Assembly: GCA_951406725.2 (NCBI GenBank)
Contig: OX597817.1
Span: 19,034,001-19,098,000, forward strand
Reading direction: 5' to 3'
DNA length: 64,000 bases
From: Octopus vulgaris
Taxonomy: Eukaryota
Shown: one piece after another, positions 27,326 to 42,790 of the stretch
Position numbering within the stretch: the stretch's first letter is position 1
Layout: each line of letters opens with the position of its first letter
The notes under the pieces: model-generated
What the model was told of the DNA's origin: nothing
Seen by the model: the letters and a program-made list of their open reading frames with translations, nothing else
Database searches by the model: none
Program-made: the position numbers and the translations under genes

Positions 27326-29949
27326 TTCAATGATAATAATTAATAACAATGATAATAAAGTTAATAATCCTTCCTACTTAGACGCAAAATCTGAAATTTT
27401 GGGGAGGGGTATAGTCAATTACATGAAATAGAAACAAAACTGAATATAGAAAAAAACTCATAATAACAACAAGTATAATTGCGGAAGTTGATGTGAATGT
27501 AGCTAGATAGGAAACTGCCCGTCTTCAAGCATTTCACCACACAACTGTTTTCACCTTAGTTATTAGACAGGAGACTAGACCCCTTTTCTCTGTAAAAAGA
27601 CGGTGGTGATTCGATTTCTACATTTAGTTGGCTAGTCGGATTCATCTTGCATGAGACAGCTTCTGTTCTATACAAAATCCTAATTTATCATGGCATAGCT
27701 AAACATAATTGTACTGTATGTTTTTTTTTTTACCCCTTGTACTTATCTCGACAACCAGAGTCCCTCCCAGATTAACTGTAACCTATTAATCCTCTACAGA
27801 TGTCGAGATTGCTTTTTAGCCGATAGAAACTTCCTGGTAGTATACTGCTGCGAATACCTGACATAATTCTAGATACCAAAAACCTAACCTCGTCCTACAC
27901 TTGAACCATGATTATTTCTCAGTCAAAGATTCATGTTGCAAAAAAGCATCACTCACAAGAGACTCTCATTTTCGTTGTCATCATCACTCTAAATTTCAGT
28001 TTAGATATATATTCATGTATGCAACCCCTATACATATCTGAGTATCATCAGGGATGACAATGTCCACCAGAAAGTCGGTGTTGTTACTGGATACGTTTTA
28101 CGACCTATGAACCCTGTCCCTTTCATAAGACATGGTCAAACATACACTTCAGTCTGGTTAGAGGATTCTTGTGACAAGTTACGACGGTCAGACGGCAGTA
28201 CACCTCCGGCCTTTAAGAGACATCTCCTCCTCGGTTTATTTCTGAGTGAAACTGCCCACCCTGTTTAAAATCTCATACCAGTTTCCATTCACCTGGAGGT
28301 CCATTGGGAAAAAGATTCTATCTTCAATGGGCACGCAATCCAATAAAGTGAAAAATGATGCTGGATGGAATAGATTTCCTCACAAGTTAGCGAGTTGAAA
28401 GACCATCAAATAGTAACAGTTTATCAGTGTTTCTTGTACACTCCTACCATTCTATCCTTATTATGCCGAAGGATTCTCTATCTAAGCTATTCAGAAATGT
28501 GGGAGTGACGTCCTGCGGATTTCCTGTGACCAAGCTGGACCCGTATACCTCTAAAACTCTTCGCACATTGCATTGAAACCAAAACGTACAGTAGCATGAG
28601 TACATGTATATTAGGACTGAGTGTTCGATACAAAGCAGTTTTGAGAGGTGACCAATTCGATTGGCAACCACAAACATTAAACTCAGTATTATTGGCGATT
28701 CTCTGAAAACAAGAAACAGAACAACTGCTGATGGGGGAGACGTCAGTCTATATTATTTCTTTACTAAAAGCTCATCAAATTATTCTTAACTGCTGTATTT
28801 CTTACCGTCAGTTGTTGACAAATACTCACTTCCACTTTCCCTTTACTAGCTTGCTAATCGGTCACTGTAGTCTCTGTGCACCGGAAAAAAAACATTCAAC
28901 TTCCAGTAAACCGGTCCCTATCTATAAATCCCGTGTAAGTCGTCCGCGCAAGTCACAAATTTGAGGATAGCGTAACCGGCCACTGTAATCTGTGAGGATT
29001 TTCTAGACGTCAAAATTTTCTAGAGGTCGGAGGAAATTTGTCCACCCTGTTCTTGCAGTCATAGACAGGCGACTAAGTGAAAGCACTGCCTTTACTGTCG
29101 TTCACATCCCGTTCCACTGACTTGACGCCCATAGAATATTAACAATAGTGTTTACGATTTCCACATTGGTGTTTAGAGAAAACGAAACTCATTGATTTGT
29201 TTCTAGAATCCAATATGGACACAATATGATTATTTTTCAGAGGATATGACATCCATGTTTTTGCGAAAAATGGTTGTTCGTGCAAAAGTGAAATTATTCT
29301 AACTCTATTATACAGATACATACATATACATACACGTAATGTTTACTCATGTTTATACATATATGTATGTACATATTAATACATCCTCGCACACACATAC
29401 TCTTTCTCACTCTTTTACACACCTACGTATGTGACATGTGTGTGGGCGCATGTGTGAGAACACAGGCGTAATAGATAACTTCACAAATGACTATGATTAT
29501 GTTGAATAACATATATTTTCCAAGTCTTCCTGAATAATTATTTCACATTTGTTTTCGAATTATTTTGAACTTTGCCTATCATTCGCTCTCCTAAAAGGTC
29601 ATCTTCTTGGCCAAGCACGTAACTGGATTTGAATCGCTTGTATGAAAACAAAAAGACGAGATAAACGCAAGCAATTTTCACGAAAACCTGGTTGTTGCAA
29701 ATATGCTCAACTTCAAGCGAATATTGAAGATATGTTACTTGAATTTTTTGACTCTCATTAAAACCGCAGAGACTTTCCAACTCGGCATATTGGATACGAG
29801 TAGGAAGCATGATGCGTATCAGTACAATGGCTCAATTTGGCTCGTAACCTTTGCAGGTATTTTCTTTGAGCAGTGCAATTATCGTGTGAAAACCTTATGA
29901 TACTTACCCCTTCACCTCCCCCTCACATACATGACTGTGGCTGTTTATA

Positions 29950-30182
29950 TATTTCTTTATTGCCCACAAGGGGCTAAACATAGAGGGGACAAACGAGGAC
30001 AGACAAAGGGATTAAGTCGATTACATCGACCCCAGCACGTAAATGGTACTTTATTTATCGACTCCGAAAGGATGAAAGGCAAAGTCGACCCCGGCGGAAT
30101 TTGAACTCAGAACCTAACGGCAGACGAAATAACGCTAAGCATTTCGCCCGGCGCGCTAACGTTTCTGCCAGCTCGCTGCCTT
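29950..30182 (-). mobile_element. SINE family A, full-length monomer
   Basis: Complete reverse complement from the tail TATTTCTTTA.. to the head ..GCTCGCTGCCTT. Confidence 0.9.
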
Positions 30183-30204
30183 ATATGTGTATATGTATAC
30201 CCCA

Positions 30205-30544
30205 GAAGCGCATTGCGTCCTTAAATAAAGCACCTCATTTCACGTTACTCTAGACCAGTCAGCTGAAATTGGGGAAAAGAGTACTAGGTTAGGTGCTCGT
30301 GAAGTAATTCCTCCCTCCTTCAGTATTCGCATCACAAATCTTACTTCCTGTCTCTCTTGTACCTGTATTTCAAAGGGCCGGCCTTGTCACTCTCTGTGTC
30401 ACGCTGATTATCCCCGAGAACTACGTTAAGGGTACACGTGTCTCTGGAGTGCTCAGCCACTTACACGTTAATTTCACGAGCAGGCTGTTCCGTTGATTCG
30501 GATCAACCGGAACCCTCGTCGTCGTAACCGATGGAGTGCTTCCA
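30205..30544 (+). mobile_element. SINE with family B 3' tail but a different 5' body
   Basis: 30355-30544 is nearly identical to the reverse complement of 8158-8345. The upstream part instead resembles 48218-48270. Confidence 0.7.
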
Positions 30545-32267
30545 AAAACATTTACTTGAACATCTAGAGTCGTTTATAAAAACAAAACATGGTACAAGGT
30601 TATAAGTCCTACTCACTGTGGGTGATTGCTGTACCTCTAATTATATACGTATAAACTTGTGAATCCTTTTAAATAACCATTGTTGCAAGTACACCTGGGT
30701 ATTATATAAACCTACACATTTATGTAACTTACGAGGATGTTTATGCATATTAAAGCGTACAATATATGTAATAATAACAATCGAAAGTTATGCTATATTT
30801 ATTCTGCGATATCTGTAAATGAAATTTTGGTGAAATATAAACACGTTAAAAAAATATTCCTTCATACATCATCCAAATAAATAGTTTTATCAAATAAGAT
30901 ATTGTTGTACACAAAAATGAATCTTTAGTGCAGGTCCCTTAAAGCATACATACTCCAAATATATCTCCATTATAGTAGTAAAACCCTCCATATGTCAGTT
31001 TTAGCAATTTCCGTTTTTTCAAATGGCATTGTTAATATTTTCATAAAGAAATAATAATTATTATTAACATATTCGTTAATGTTATTATAATAGTTAACAT
31101 TTATGTTATTATTTTCACGTTTGTTTATGCTTTCTCATTATTTACCTTTCCTTATTTACATTATTATTGCTGCTATTTCTTATTTCTATATCACACATTC
31201 CGCATTAGTTTTATCAAATATTGTTAAAATGTTATATTTTCATAGGATTTTTATAATCAGAATCTAATGTGAGATGAGTTTTTCCGTCTCTCTAATGTTA
31301 TTAAACACATTCAATTATTTCTATGTATATTTTAATGTATTTATTTGCCGTTTGTGTTCACATTATTTCATCTTTCATTCTGCATATAGTTTATCCCTTG
31401 AGGAGAAGTTCGCACAAACATATTGTAAAATATTATGTATGAAAAAATTATTGCAACAGTATTTTCAATGTTTATATATGAATCCTGTTAGTGAGACTAT
31501 ATCGGTTTTGCTCTCGATAGAAAATATCGAGAGAAAAAAAATAAAAACATTTTAAATTACCGTAATGATAATATATGTGTAATATGATTTTAAAGATATT
31601 CAAATATTGACAAAATGTTTATGTTCAAGCTCGCTATATCGATGTAAGAGGAACATACATTAAATAAGTGAACTAGACCGCTGAATTTATTGTCGAAGCT
31701 ATTATTGCGCAGAAGGATAGAATTAAGAACAATTTCGCATCACGTGGGAAAAGATCTGGCCTAAATGTAAAGAAACTGTTCGAATTCAATGTAGTGTAGC
31801 CATCAATGAATGATACTTAACGTAGATACACCAATGAGAGGCATGTTGCCGTGGAATTTTCCTCCGAGAGAAAAACACTTCAGAAGATATGTTGTGTTAC
31901 AAAAAACGCAATATATATAAGAGAAATACAATAGGCTCGCCCTAGCAGTGATTCCTGAGAAGACTAGGTTTCAGCATATTTGGATCTTGTTAATGATTTG
32001 TAATTGCTACACCTGTTCGAACGAAATGTGTGCCCTTCCATATACGTATAGGCATATTGATCTCCCAAATATTGCAAATAGCCAAACATTGGCTATTCCA
32101 ATATCAGTGAATGTATTACTTATAGTTTCCTATATATTGAAGGGGACAGATTTAGTTTAGGCATGTGACTACCAACTACACGTCAATGACAAGGCCCGAG
32201 ATTGTCGAAATGCAACTGGCGTTTTCTTCAATCGCTGGTTGGACGATCCTCTGTTCAGCATTGACAC

Positions 32268-32330
<63 letters not shown>

Positions 32331-32350
32331 TACATATATACATAGATACA

Positions 32351-32390
<40 letters not shown>

Positions 32391-32479
32391 TACATACAAA
32401 CATACATACATACATACATACATACATACATACATACATACATACATACATACATACGTACACACACACACATAATGGC

Positions 32480-35400
32480 ACCGTCAACATCAGACGTGCA
32501 GGTGTAGAGGACCGTTTAAAAAGTCCGTTTTGAACGCCTTCCTCTAGAAATATGCCGACTTCTTCCGCTTAAATCGATAACTGGTTTATTTCTCCAATAA
32601 TTAATAAGAGAAACACCTTTTACTCGCCATCGTAGCGCTATCTTGAACAGATTTTAAAATATACATCTACACCACGTGGAGTCTCACTAACGCGATTATA
32701 GCTGAAACTAACACCAATACAGATGAAACTAACAACGTCGCCACCGATGAAAACAGAACTACTTCACCAGTAAGTACTTTAAGAAGACGTAAGTACTCTT
32801 CTAATTTTTACTTGGGCTCAACAACTAAACCGAGATTTACTTCGGTACTATGAAAAAGCAGTCAGTTACATGAAGCGGTTAAAACAATACTGGAACGAAG
32901 CTCATACTAACTTAAATACCTTCACGATGAAATAGCCCCGACAACAAGCATCTTTTGTAAGAAAAACAAATCAACTGGTCCTCGATCCGCCCGAAATACT
33001 GAAAATAGGTCAAAATCTGCAAGAAGCAGCGTAAAAAATATTGTAAACAAACTGCCATCGCTAAATTCGCGGGTCTCCAAATTTAGCTAACTCAGTAGTG
33101 AAGACTGCGGAATATATACATCTCTGAAGCATTTTAAAATTACAATTCGCAAAAAAATTTGCAATATTCTCGGAGCTTTCGTTGAGCAACAGACTATTCC
33201 CAACAAGAGTGAGACAAAATCCGACTGATCTAATGTTTAAAGTTATCAACATTAGGAGAGCACATGGAATCAAGTGATGTTAATTACTGCAATATTAATA
33301 CTCTTATATACACAGCCACTGTTACTCTTAAAGAGCACCTATGAGAAATCTGCACGGAACAAAGTGACGAAATTACTAAACGGCAACAACCTAGATGGAA
33401 AACAAAACTTGAAGAAAACATCAACATTGTGCGCCGCCATATTGGATGGTTAACAACAGCAATAAGATTAAGGAGAAATTAAGTTTACACCTCACAAACT
33501 CTGCCTTAGACAAAAATCAATGAAACTTTCTGGCAACTCTTTACACCTGGCTATTGAGGGAAAGCTAATCATTTTGAAGCTTGAACTCAGGACGATGAGC
33601 GAGAAACTCCGCTATTGCATTTGAGTGAGCCAGTATCAATCGCAAGTTTGCTTCCAACTTACAAATATTATACAGAGAGATGAAGAAGGAAAATATTACC
33701 ATTAAGAAAGCTCTCTCCCAAGAAGATCTACAATCATTCTAGTCAAAATTTTGGAACACAAACAGGGATTTCAACGTGAATGCATCATGGTTAAAATTGA
33801 GAAAGAATACAGTAACAACACTAGCAGAAAAACATACAAAATTGATGCAGAAACCTTCGCTATAGCAGTAGGTAAACTTCAAAGTGGGAAGAGACCTAAT
33901 AGTTGGACATTGGTACAAGATGCTCACATTTTATAGAAGCCAATTGATATGTATGTTCAAAAAGACTATGGAAGGTCACACTGATATACCAAATTGGTTT
34001 GCTACAGCAAGTACAAATCGTGTTGCCAAAAATGAAATCACCGAGATGGCAGGAAAATACAGGCTCATTGCTTGCATAAACAATATGTACGCACTATACA
34101 CAAGTTGCCTCAACCAATTCCTCCAGGATCATTGTGAGTCGAACAAATTTGTGACTGATGAAGAGGCTGGTGGAAAGAAGGGAGTGTGGGGATGTGCCGA
34201 ACAACTTTTAATAAACAACGTTGTACTGTTTGATGTAAGAAAACAACGCAGAAACCTTGTGACAGTATGGCTTGACTGTAAGTAGCATTCGACTCTATCC
34301 CTCATTCATGGCTATTGAAGTGCCTACATATGGCAAAGTTAACCACTACCTTGATTGCTGCTATAGGGAGACTCACAAAGACATGGACAACTATTCTTAC
34401 TCTTGCAACGGATAATAGAATAATTGTTTCTAATAGAATAGGTATTACAAAAGAATATTCCAGGGAGATAGTCTTTCTGTTATTTTCCTTTTGGCACAGA
34501 ATCCATTATCGTTCCTACTGCAGAAAACAAATGGTTACATGCTAGGATCTTTAACTGCTAGAAATATCAGTGTAACTCATAATTGCTTTGTAGACGGCCT
34601 GAATATTTATGCTTAAAGAGTTAGCAATGCCAAATAACATCTGGAATTAATAAAATTTTCAGTTGATATAGGCATGTAATTTGGCCAAATGAAATGTTAA
34701 TATTTGGTTATAGAACGAGGAAAGTTAGTCTATCTCAAACCCAAAACTTGTGCATCAACGGTCTCTCTATCTCCTCGATTCTACACAAAGAATGTTACAA
34801 GTACCTAGGCATAGACGAAAATGTATCATATGAAGGTACTACTGAATGAATATAGAGTGACCCAAATCTACTACAACAGACTTAGGAAAATATGGCAGTC
34901 GGAAATCTCTTCTTACAACAAAACAATATCCCACAATGCGTTTGCAGTAATAGTGCTGATCCCAACATTTGATGCACTTGCCATGTTTCTGGGGAAGACA
35001 TTGCGCATGTGATTAGCAGCTGTCCTAAAATGTCGTCAGGGTACTACCTTCCTATACGGCATGATGTTGTTACTAAAACAATTTACAATACTATCCGAAA
35101 CAAAGACTGTCTTGAAATAAACTTAGAAAATCCCTCTGTTACGAATACGTTCATAAATACCAACTCAAGAAATATTGGCGGAATATTCCTATCAAATACT
35201 CTGTCGAATGTAAGTATAACAGGCCAGATATTGTTGGTTGGAAGAGAAATTGACCGGATGATTCGCATATTACAAGTCCAATCTGTGAATGGAACAGTAA
35301 AAATATGCAAGACATTTCTCAAGTTCTAAAAGTATTTTGTATCTTTGTTGGAAACCGGCTCCCTCCTCAGTGGAAAATTTATGATAAATATAAAATAGAA
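32480..35400 (+). mobile_element. Large decayed R4/Dong-like LINE (RT plus CCHC/RLE)
   Basis: IPNWFATAST..YRLIACINNMY..GGKKGVWGCAEQLLIN..WLDCK*AFDSIPHSWL; YKYLGIDEN; HVISSCPKM..RHD; RPDIV. Many stops and frameshifts. (TACA)n lies on both flanks. Confidence 0.85.
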
Positions 35401-37077
35401 GAGACACATATACATACACACACACACATATACATACATACATACACTCATACATACATACATACATACATACATACATACATACATACATACATACATA
35501 CATGCATACATGCATACATACATACATACATACATACATACATACATACATACATACATAATTGCAACATCTTCGGGCGGTATGGTCGTTCATTATTTCT
35601 GAGTTTGAATTCCGCCGTGGATTATTTGCATGGTTGATATAATCTGTTACCTAGTTTGACAACACCATCTCCTGTGTAATTTTACTGAATCCATTCTTTA
35701 ACAAATATTCTGGCCAGGTTCTTGATTTGAGGATACATTCCTTTCTTTCACCTGTCTCATTAAAGGGTCGTGTGCTCTACCTTCCCTCCACAACGACTAA
35801 ACGATAAAATAAAGAAGAGAGTCTCAGATATCAAGAGCATTTTATCATCGTTGCTATTATCCTCATCGACTACCTACTCCTATTCCTCTTATCTTCCTGC
35901 TCCTCATCCTCTTGCTCCTCCTCCTCCCCCTCCTCCTCCTCCTCATCATTAAGAAGCACACACATTTCATTATAATGACCGCACTTTGTATGCATGAACT
36001 TCACGAAAGCGCCACCACCGATAACCGGTATCATTAAAACCGATAGTCACGCTCTGTAACAAACGCCTTCTTTACCATGGTTAAAACCACCACACTTGCC
36101 GCCGCCGAGGCCACCACCACCACCACCACCACCACCACAACCACCACAACCACCACCACCACCACCATCACTACTTCCACCACCATCACTACTTCCACCA
36201 CCACCACTACTCCAGCACCTCGATGATTACCTTCCTTCCAATCACCCTATAGCATTACACCATCATTCCGAGAAATTAAGCATTGTGGAAACCTAGTACC
36301 TGTAATAACAGTAATAGCCTTAATTATGTGATAATAATCAGCATATATAATTTTCTTCATGAGACTATCCTCATCATTTGCATCATATTCATTACCATAA
36401 TCACAAGAAGCCGAAGATTCACAAGCAACATTATCAGTACGAATGCCACTAATACCAAAATAGCAGAACAATACACGCACCACGACGATATTTTTGTTTG
36501 TTATTAATGACTAATGGTTATACGATATGGAAATTGACTAACTCTAACAAACAAGAAGTTAATTAATTTATTGGCAGAAACAAACAAAAAAAAAAGCAGA
36601 AAAATGTAATCTTGTATGCATACAAATTATATTTCATATACGTTATCTCACGAACATATGATACCATCTAATATTGACATTCAAGAAATAGTTTCAAATC
36701 AATAACCATCAGGGGCATATCACTTTTCTTGAACGTTACGAGATATTAAATTGAAATTATAGCAATTTAGGTTTCAATATTATTTGGAGAATACGATATC
36801 CGCCATAGCTTATTGATTTCGTATGGTCGGCTACCGGTATACTTAGGTGCGCACGCAACCATGCACCATCAACAAACACACGCCAACATTTACTGCAAAT
36901 GGCCAATTTATATGGACGTCTTCAGAAAAGTGGCTAGTTTGTGACTTCAGATATAATATAATGTTATTCCCTCTCTCTCTGTCTCTCTCTCTCAAATGTA
37001 TATGTACACACTAGTGTATATTATTTGGAAATGTTCTCTAAGCGTGTAATATATACGATCAAATCGCACAAACACAA

Positions 37078-37590
<513 letters not shown>

Positions 37591-38373
37591 CGAGTGTCTA
37601 TCTGTCTGTTTGTCTGTCTATTTAGCTATGTATATGTATCGTTGCATGAATACTGACAGACGTATACACATGTATTTGTTGGTGTGTGTGATTTTCGTTT
37701 ATTCATATAGTGTCATCACATGGTGAGGGAAGATGCATTGATCTAAAAGTATTACAATATAACTTTATGCCAGTCTACACATGTCTAACTCCAAATCGTC
37801 AAGTGGTCCGTAGGGAGAACACTTTGGATGAAATCGCAGTACATTAGCTCTCCTGGGCGGTCGGTAGAGAGTCAGTGAATGCAGTCGGTATTTGTTATAA
37901 GGTCGTAGTAAGGAGGCATGCATTGTGTGAGAGAGAGATTTAGAGATGGGAAGACAAACACTGCTTTACGATGCGCAATTTCTCTAAGAGGACATCAATT
38001 CATAGCTTGTTAGGTTTAATGCTAAAGGGTCCTGCGAATGACCCTGAACGCACACATGCACACACACGCACACCATCACACACACACAGAGGCACAGACA
38101 GACAGGTAGGCATACATATGCTTCACGTACACACGTGAATGTGCACACATATACACATAATGTAGCCCTGGAGGCTGGGGATGTGCTGCCAAATAAATCC
38201 CACGCATTGGTTGCATTTAATTCAATCTTATTTCAATTAATTGATTAAATTAGTTAGGAAAATAATAAATTAATTAATTACGTTGTCTAAGTTCTATCAT
38301 CAGAGACTGTGACATAATTGAAGAAATGAGGCTCTCCTTAATTTCTTCGTCTTCGCTTTCTGCTCTAAGATAG

Positions 38374-38377
<4 letters not shown>

Positions 38378-38433
<56 letters not shown>

Positions 38434-38578
38434 GGTGCTTATGTGCGCGTGTGTGAGCGTATTTTTGCAATAGAATTTGTTTTAGAACCGTATTTCATAT
38501 TAAGAAATACAAAGACCACACTCAAAGACACGCTCTCGCATGCGTGCACTTACACACGTACACACAGGCACGCGCACG

Positions 38579-38617
<39 letters not shown>

Positions 38618-38690
38618 GCATGCACACGCGCACACGCACACACACTCAAGCACATATGGACACACGTGCGCGCAAGCACACACACATGGT
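38378..38690. repeat. (TG)n and (CA)n/(CACG)n tracts
   Basis: Read directly. Confidence 0.9.
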
Positions 38691-40609
38691 CATATATTAA
38701 TATTTACGACAAACTGCTACTTACCCGCATTAAAAGGTCACAATTACGGTATTAAGGACAGAATCTCACTAGAAAGAATCGTAAACAGAATTTTTCAAGC
38801 CATGAAAACCTGGTGGGGACCTAGGGGTGGATCAAGAATGAGATCATTAGATAATATCCAAAGTGTCAAATGGTCACGCTTGTCAATTCCGCTGGAAAAA
38901 TCTAATGACGGTTGCTTTTGACAGGACTCCATGGTTGACGTACTCGATAATTCTACCCGACGAACCCGTCTCTCCCAGGATTAGTCGGTGGTAATAATGA
39001 ATGGGTGGCAGCAAAACTCTTCAGTCGCTGCTACACAAGTTGTCATGTTTTTGAAGAACACAAGTATATATTGTAACCCGGAAATACTCGTAAAGGCAGG
39101 AAACTTTGAGTAGCGCACGGTGTTGGAGTGTATCACCAGCGCGATTATGTATATATATGAAAAAAATACAAAATGGGACAAGAAGGCAACTCTTTGGTCT
39201 CTTATATGTAAGCTATCATCCAAAGACCGTGATCTGGCAGAATCATGAACGCGCCGGAAAAATTGATTGGCATTGTTTCTGGCTTTACGGGAGTGAGTTC
39301 AAATTCCGTCGTGGTTGCTTTTCGTTGTTTTTTTTCATCCCTTCTGTGGTCGGGGAGAGAAATACCTCTAAAGCAGTGCCATCGATTAACCCCTTCCCCA
39401 GAAACTTCAAGCCTGCTGCAATTTTGTTGTTCCTAAATTATTTAAGTGAAATTCTTACCACACTCTCTATTTTAATTTACCATAGAGCTTTAAGTATAAT
39501 ACAATTTAACGGGAGTTTAAATCAAAATCTGATATTTGGATATTTTTCGTTAGTGATGATTTTATTTTGTAAAATGTTTTATCTTACCATGTAGATGTAC
39601 AAAGCTACCAGATCATTTGTCTGGTGTCCTACTAAAAGGTGTATATAATTCACTTGTACGTCACAGTTATCAAAGTTGAATTACGTCCATGTGATTAAAA
39701 GAACGTTGTGAATAGGCACTTTATAGTTTTCAAATGAATTCTTCCAATGGATGGCAATTCATAAAATACTTTATGTATGATATTCATCCAAATATATTTT
39801 TCAATTCTTGTCATTGTCTAAGATTTTTTTTATTTAACAGGGATAAACCATCGTTGTGGTAACTATTTCCTTTTCCTATTGAAGTCCTGGGACTGAAATT
39901 TAATTTCAGACATAGAGATCTAAGAAATATATTTCATTCTTCGAGAATGTGTTGTGTGCGCTATCCACGTAGTTTAGCAACTCGTGATTCTTGATAGTGC
40001 AGTGTAGTGACAGCTAATCTAGTTTGTGTTTCTTATATATGAATAGATATTTATATCATTTCAGCTACACCTTGGTTGCCTTCCATCACGTTATCAATGT
40101 TATAACGGTCTTTAATGTTGTTGCTAGTTCATTGAGCATACAGAAAATATTACCCAAACTAACTCACATGTCAACGTATATTTCGATCACACAGTATCAC
40201 AGTCCTTTCACGGAGAAGAAACAGTAAACACGTGGATTGTCATCAAATATGTTATTAAATAACTCCAATATACTTAAAGAAGCTATACTCAAATCCTACA
40301 CGAAAAATGTTAACAAAATGTAGAGTAGCATAACTAGTAGTCAGCGAATTAGATTAACATGTTCAATGTGTAATACGTGTAGCTGTGTGGACTATTTAAT
40401 TATATTTCTAGATTTTTAGCCAAGAAAAGGTCGGTTGCAAACCTTGAACCAAGGATCTTTCATTGGAATCTAAACATCAGGAGAGTAATTGTGCATGTTT
40501 GTATGTGTATACGTCCACGTATTTTGCATCAGTACGTGTGCAGATCCGGATGTTATTTTTATTTATGTGTATTCAAAAACGGAGTGGTATGTCTTGAAAA
40601 ATACATATG

Positions 40610-42080
40610 TATTTATATACTAAAAAATTCGTAAGTCTTAAATACTGTGACAACTCCATTGATGGTTTGTATCAGTAGTCTCCTTTCTGATTTGGAGAAT
40701 ACTAATTTCTCAAGATTGGTGTTGACACAGTTGTTTATATATCCACCTGTCCCAGTAATTACAGGTATACATCTAAACTCGTTGTTCATGGGAAGTATTT
40801 GTAAGTTTTTCATTAGTCCAAAGTAGGTGTTTCTTTTTCACTGATCATAGTTTCTCTTCTCTGGCCAAAATCACCGTGTTTGACTAAATAGTTTTCTTCA
40901 TATCATTGGGATTTCTCGGGGACATATCACCACATGAGTGGTTATGGACTAAACTACATTGAAGATTCTTTGGTCTCAGGTTTATCTCTGTCTCATTGGT
41001 AGAAAATATTATGATGACATTTACAGACAGCTTTTTATAATATGAGTAATAATTTTGCTGTTAACTCTACAAAATCTCCATAGGCTATCACATTTCGGCA
41101 TTTTCCTGCTTCATTCTCACTTTTGTGCATCATGAATTCTATAGTTATTTCCTGTTCTTCGATAGCAAGTACATACCATTCAAAGCGAGTGTCAGCTGTC
41201 TGGTTGTTGGTTTACAATTATCAATAGTTACTATCACCATGGAACGTTCTACTAAGGTATCTCGTACATGGCGTATTGCTGATGTGATCTTCCTTTCCTG
41301 TGATTTGTACAAGAAAGTCGCGAGGTCTCTTTGGGCGTGCATACGAGATTATCAGACAGTGAATACACTGTGCATTTAATATGTTTCCGACTTTAACATT
41401 TTCCGCCAAAACTAATGCCGTGTTGGCAAAATCCATTTGAAGCGGAGGTAATGCCACTCTTCCTGCACACCTCTGAAAAACTTTTGCGCTGGTAAGCCAC
41501 CACAGATCCCGGATTTTACTCAGGCGGCAATAGTTTTGGCGAGGTAAAAGTAAAGTCTGATACTTTTTGAAAGGATCACATATTTCTCGATTTCAAAGAA
41601 GTGCTTTTGAAGTCGCATTATGGTATCTGCCTCGTGTATTCAGCCTTGATCGATGGATGCACTTTAGGACTTTATGGTTAAAATATGCGACAGAAGGGAA
41701 ATGATGTGACATCCCAAAGCTGTGTGAATTGATGTTAAGCATCGTTCCATTTATTTTCCTTTCAGAGGAAGGTAATCTATATCACAGTTAATGTGAAAAT
41801 TACTTATGCTTCCCAATATATTTCGGGTTTTCTCATCAATGGCTCGGATATCTTCAACTGTCTAATCAAAAAATTCAAATGTCTGAAAGGGCACTTGTCC
41901 GAAAAATACACTGGTAACCTCTGGTTTACTATATGCGGAGCATTCTGAGGTTTGTATTTTCTGCTCTGTCTGTTATATTCCTTGGTAACACGTTCCTTGT
42001 AACATTTACCATCGCAAGATACGTTGTCACCTATCCCTGGGTACAGGTAGAATTCTTCATCAAATACTGGAGGCAAGGAC
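40610..42080 (-). mobile_element. 5'-truncated R4/Dong-like LINE 3' portion
   Basis: YLYPGIGDNVSCDGKCYKERVTKEY resembles YKYLGIDENVSYEG..RVTQIY of the 32.5-kb element. Also EDHISN and the C-terminal FRCIPVITGTGGY..IQTINGVVTVFKT, similar to VQSVNGTVKICKT at 35.3 kb. Confidence 0.7.
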
Positions 42081-42310
42081 GATCTATCATGCGTCCTTCT
42101 TCACAGCCATTCATTAATACATGCATCCGTCCATCCCTACAGACATAGATACATACATACATCGACACACATACATGTATATATGCCTATACACACACAC
42201 ATATATATACATGAATATACATACAGACATATAGCCATACAGTTGCATACATACGTGTTTGAAATATTTGTAGGATATACATGTATCTGTATGTATGCAT
42301 ATATCTATAC

Positions 42311-42350
<40 letters not shown>

Positions 42351-42360
42351 ATATGTGTAT

Positions 42361-42406
<46 letters not shown>

Positions 42407-42748
42407 ACAGATAGATAAATAGATAGATAGATAGTTAGATAGATAGATATCAGAACATTAAGTGGTATATATACCCTTACACATACAACAATCGGACACA
42501 TTTGTAGAATGGATTAGAGGGTTAGCGGCTACCCTGTGGCTAGGGAAGGTTGAACTGTGTGTAGGTAGAGTGTGAAAAATATGAATGTAGAGGGTTGATT
42601 AAAAGTTATATAAATAAAACATATATGAATGCAGAAATTTTAATAAATGCTGCCTGATACAGAAATACATCTCATTACACACATATATAGAACATACTTG
42701 TGTGTGTCTATATGCGTGTATGAGCGTGTGTATGTGTGATCGCTTGAA

Positions 42749-42790
<42 letters not shown>

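Noticed and set aside
27480-28720. Possible LINE endonuclease remnant on the minus strand (NVR.., VQET)
   Set aside because: Only two very short motifs in different frames, which is insufficient without an alignment.
35860-36296. Proline-rich ORFs
   Set aside because: They come from (CCT)n/(CCA)n low-complexity tracts, with no splice or domain support.
39106-39594. 162-aa ORF
   Set aside because: It overlaps a degenerate SINE A copy (about 39225-39400) and has no domain signal.
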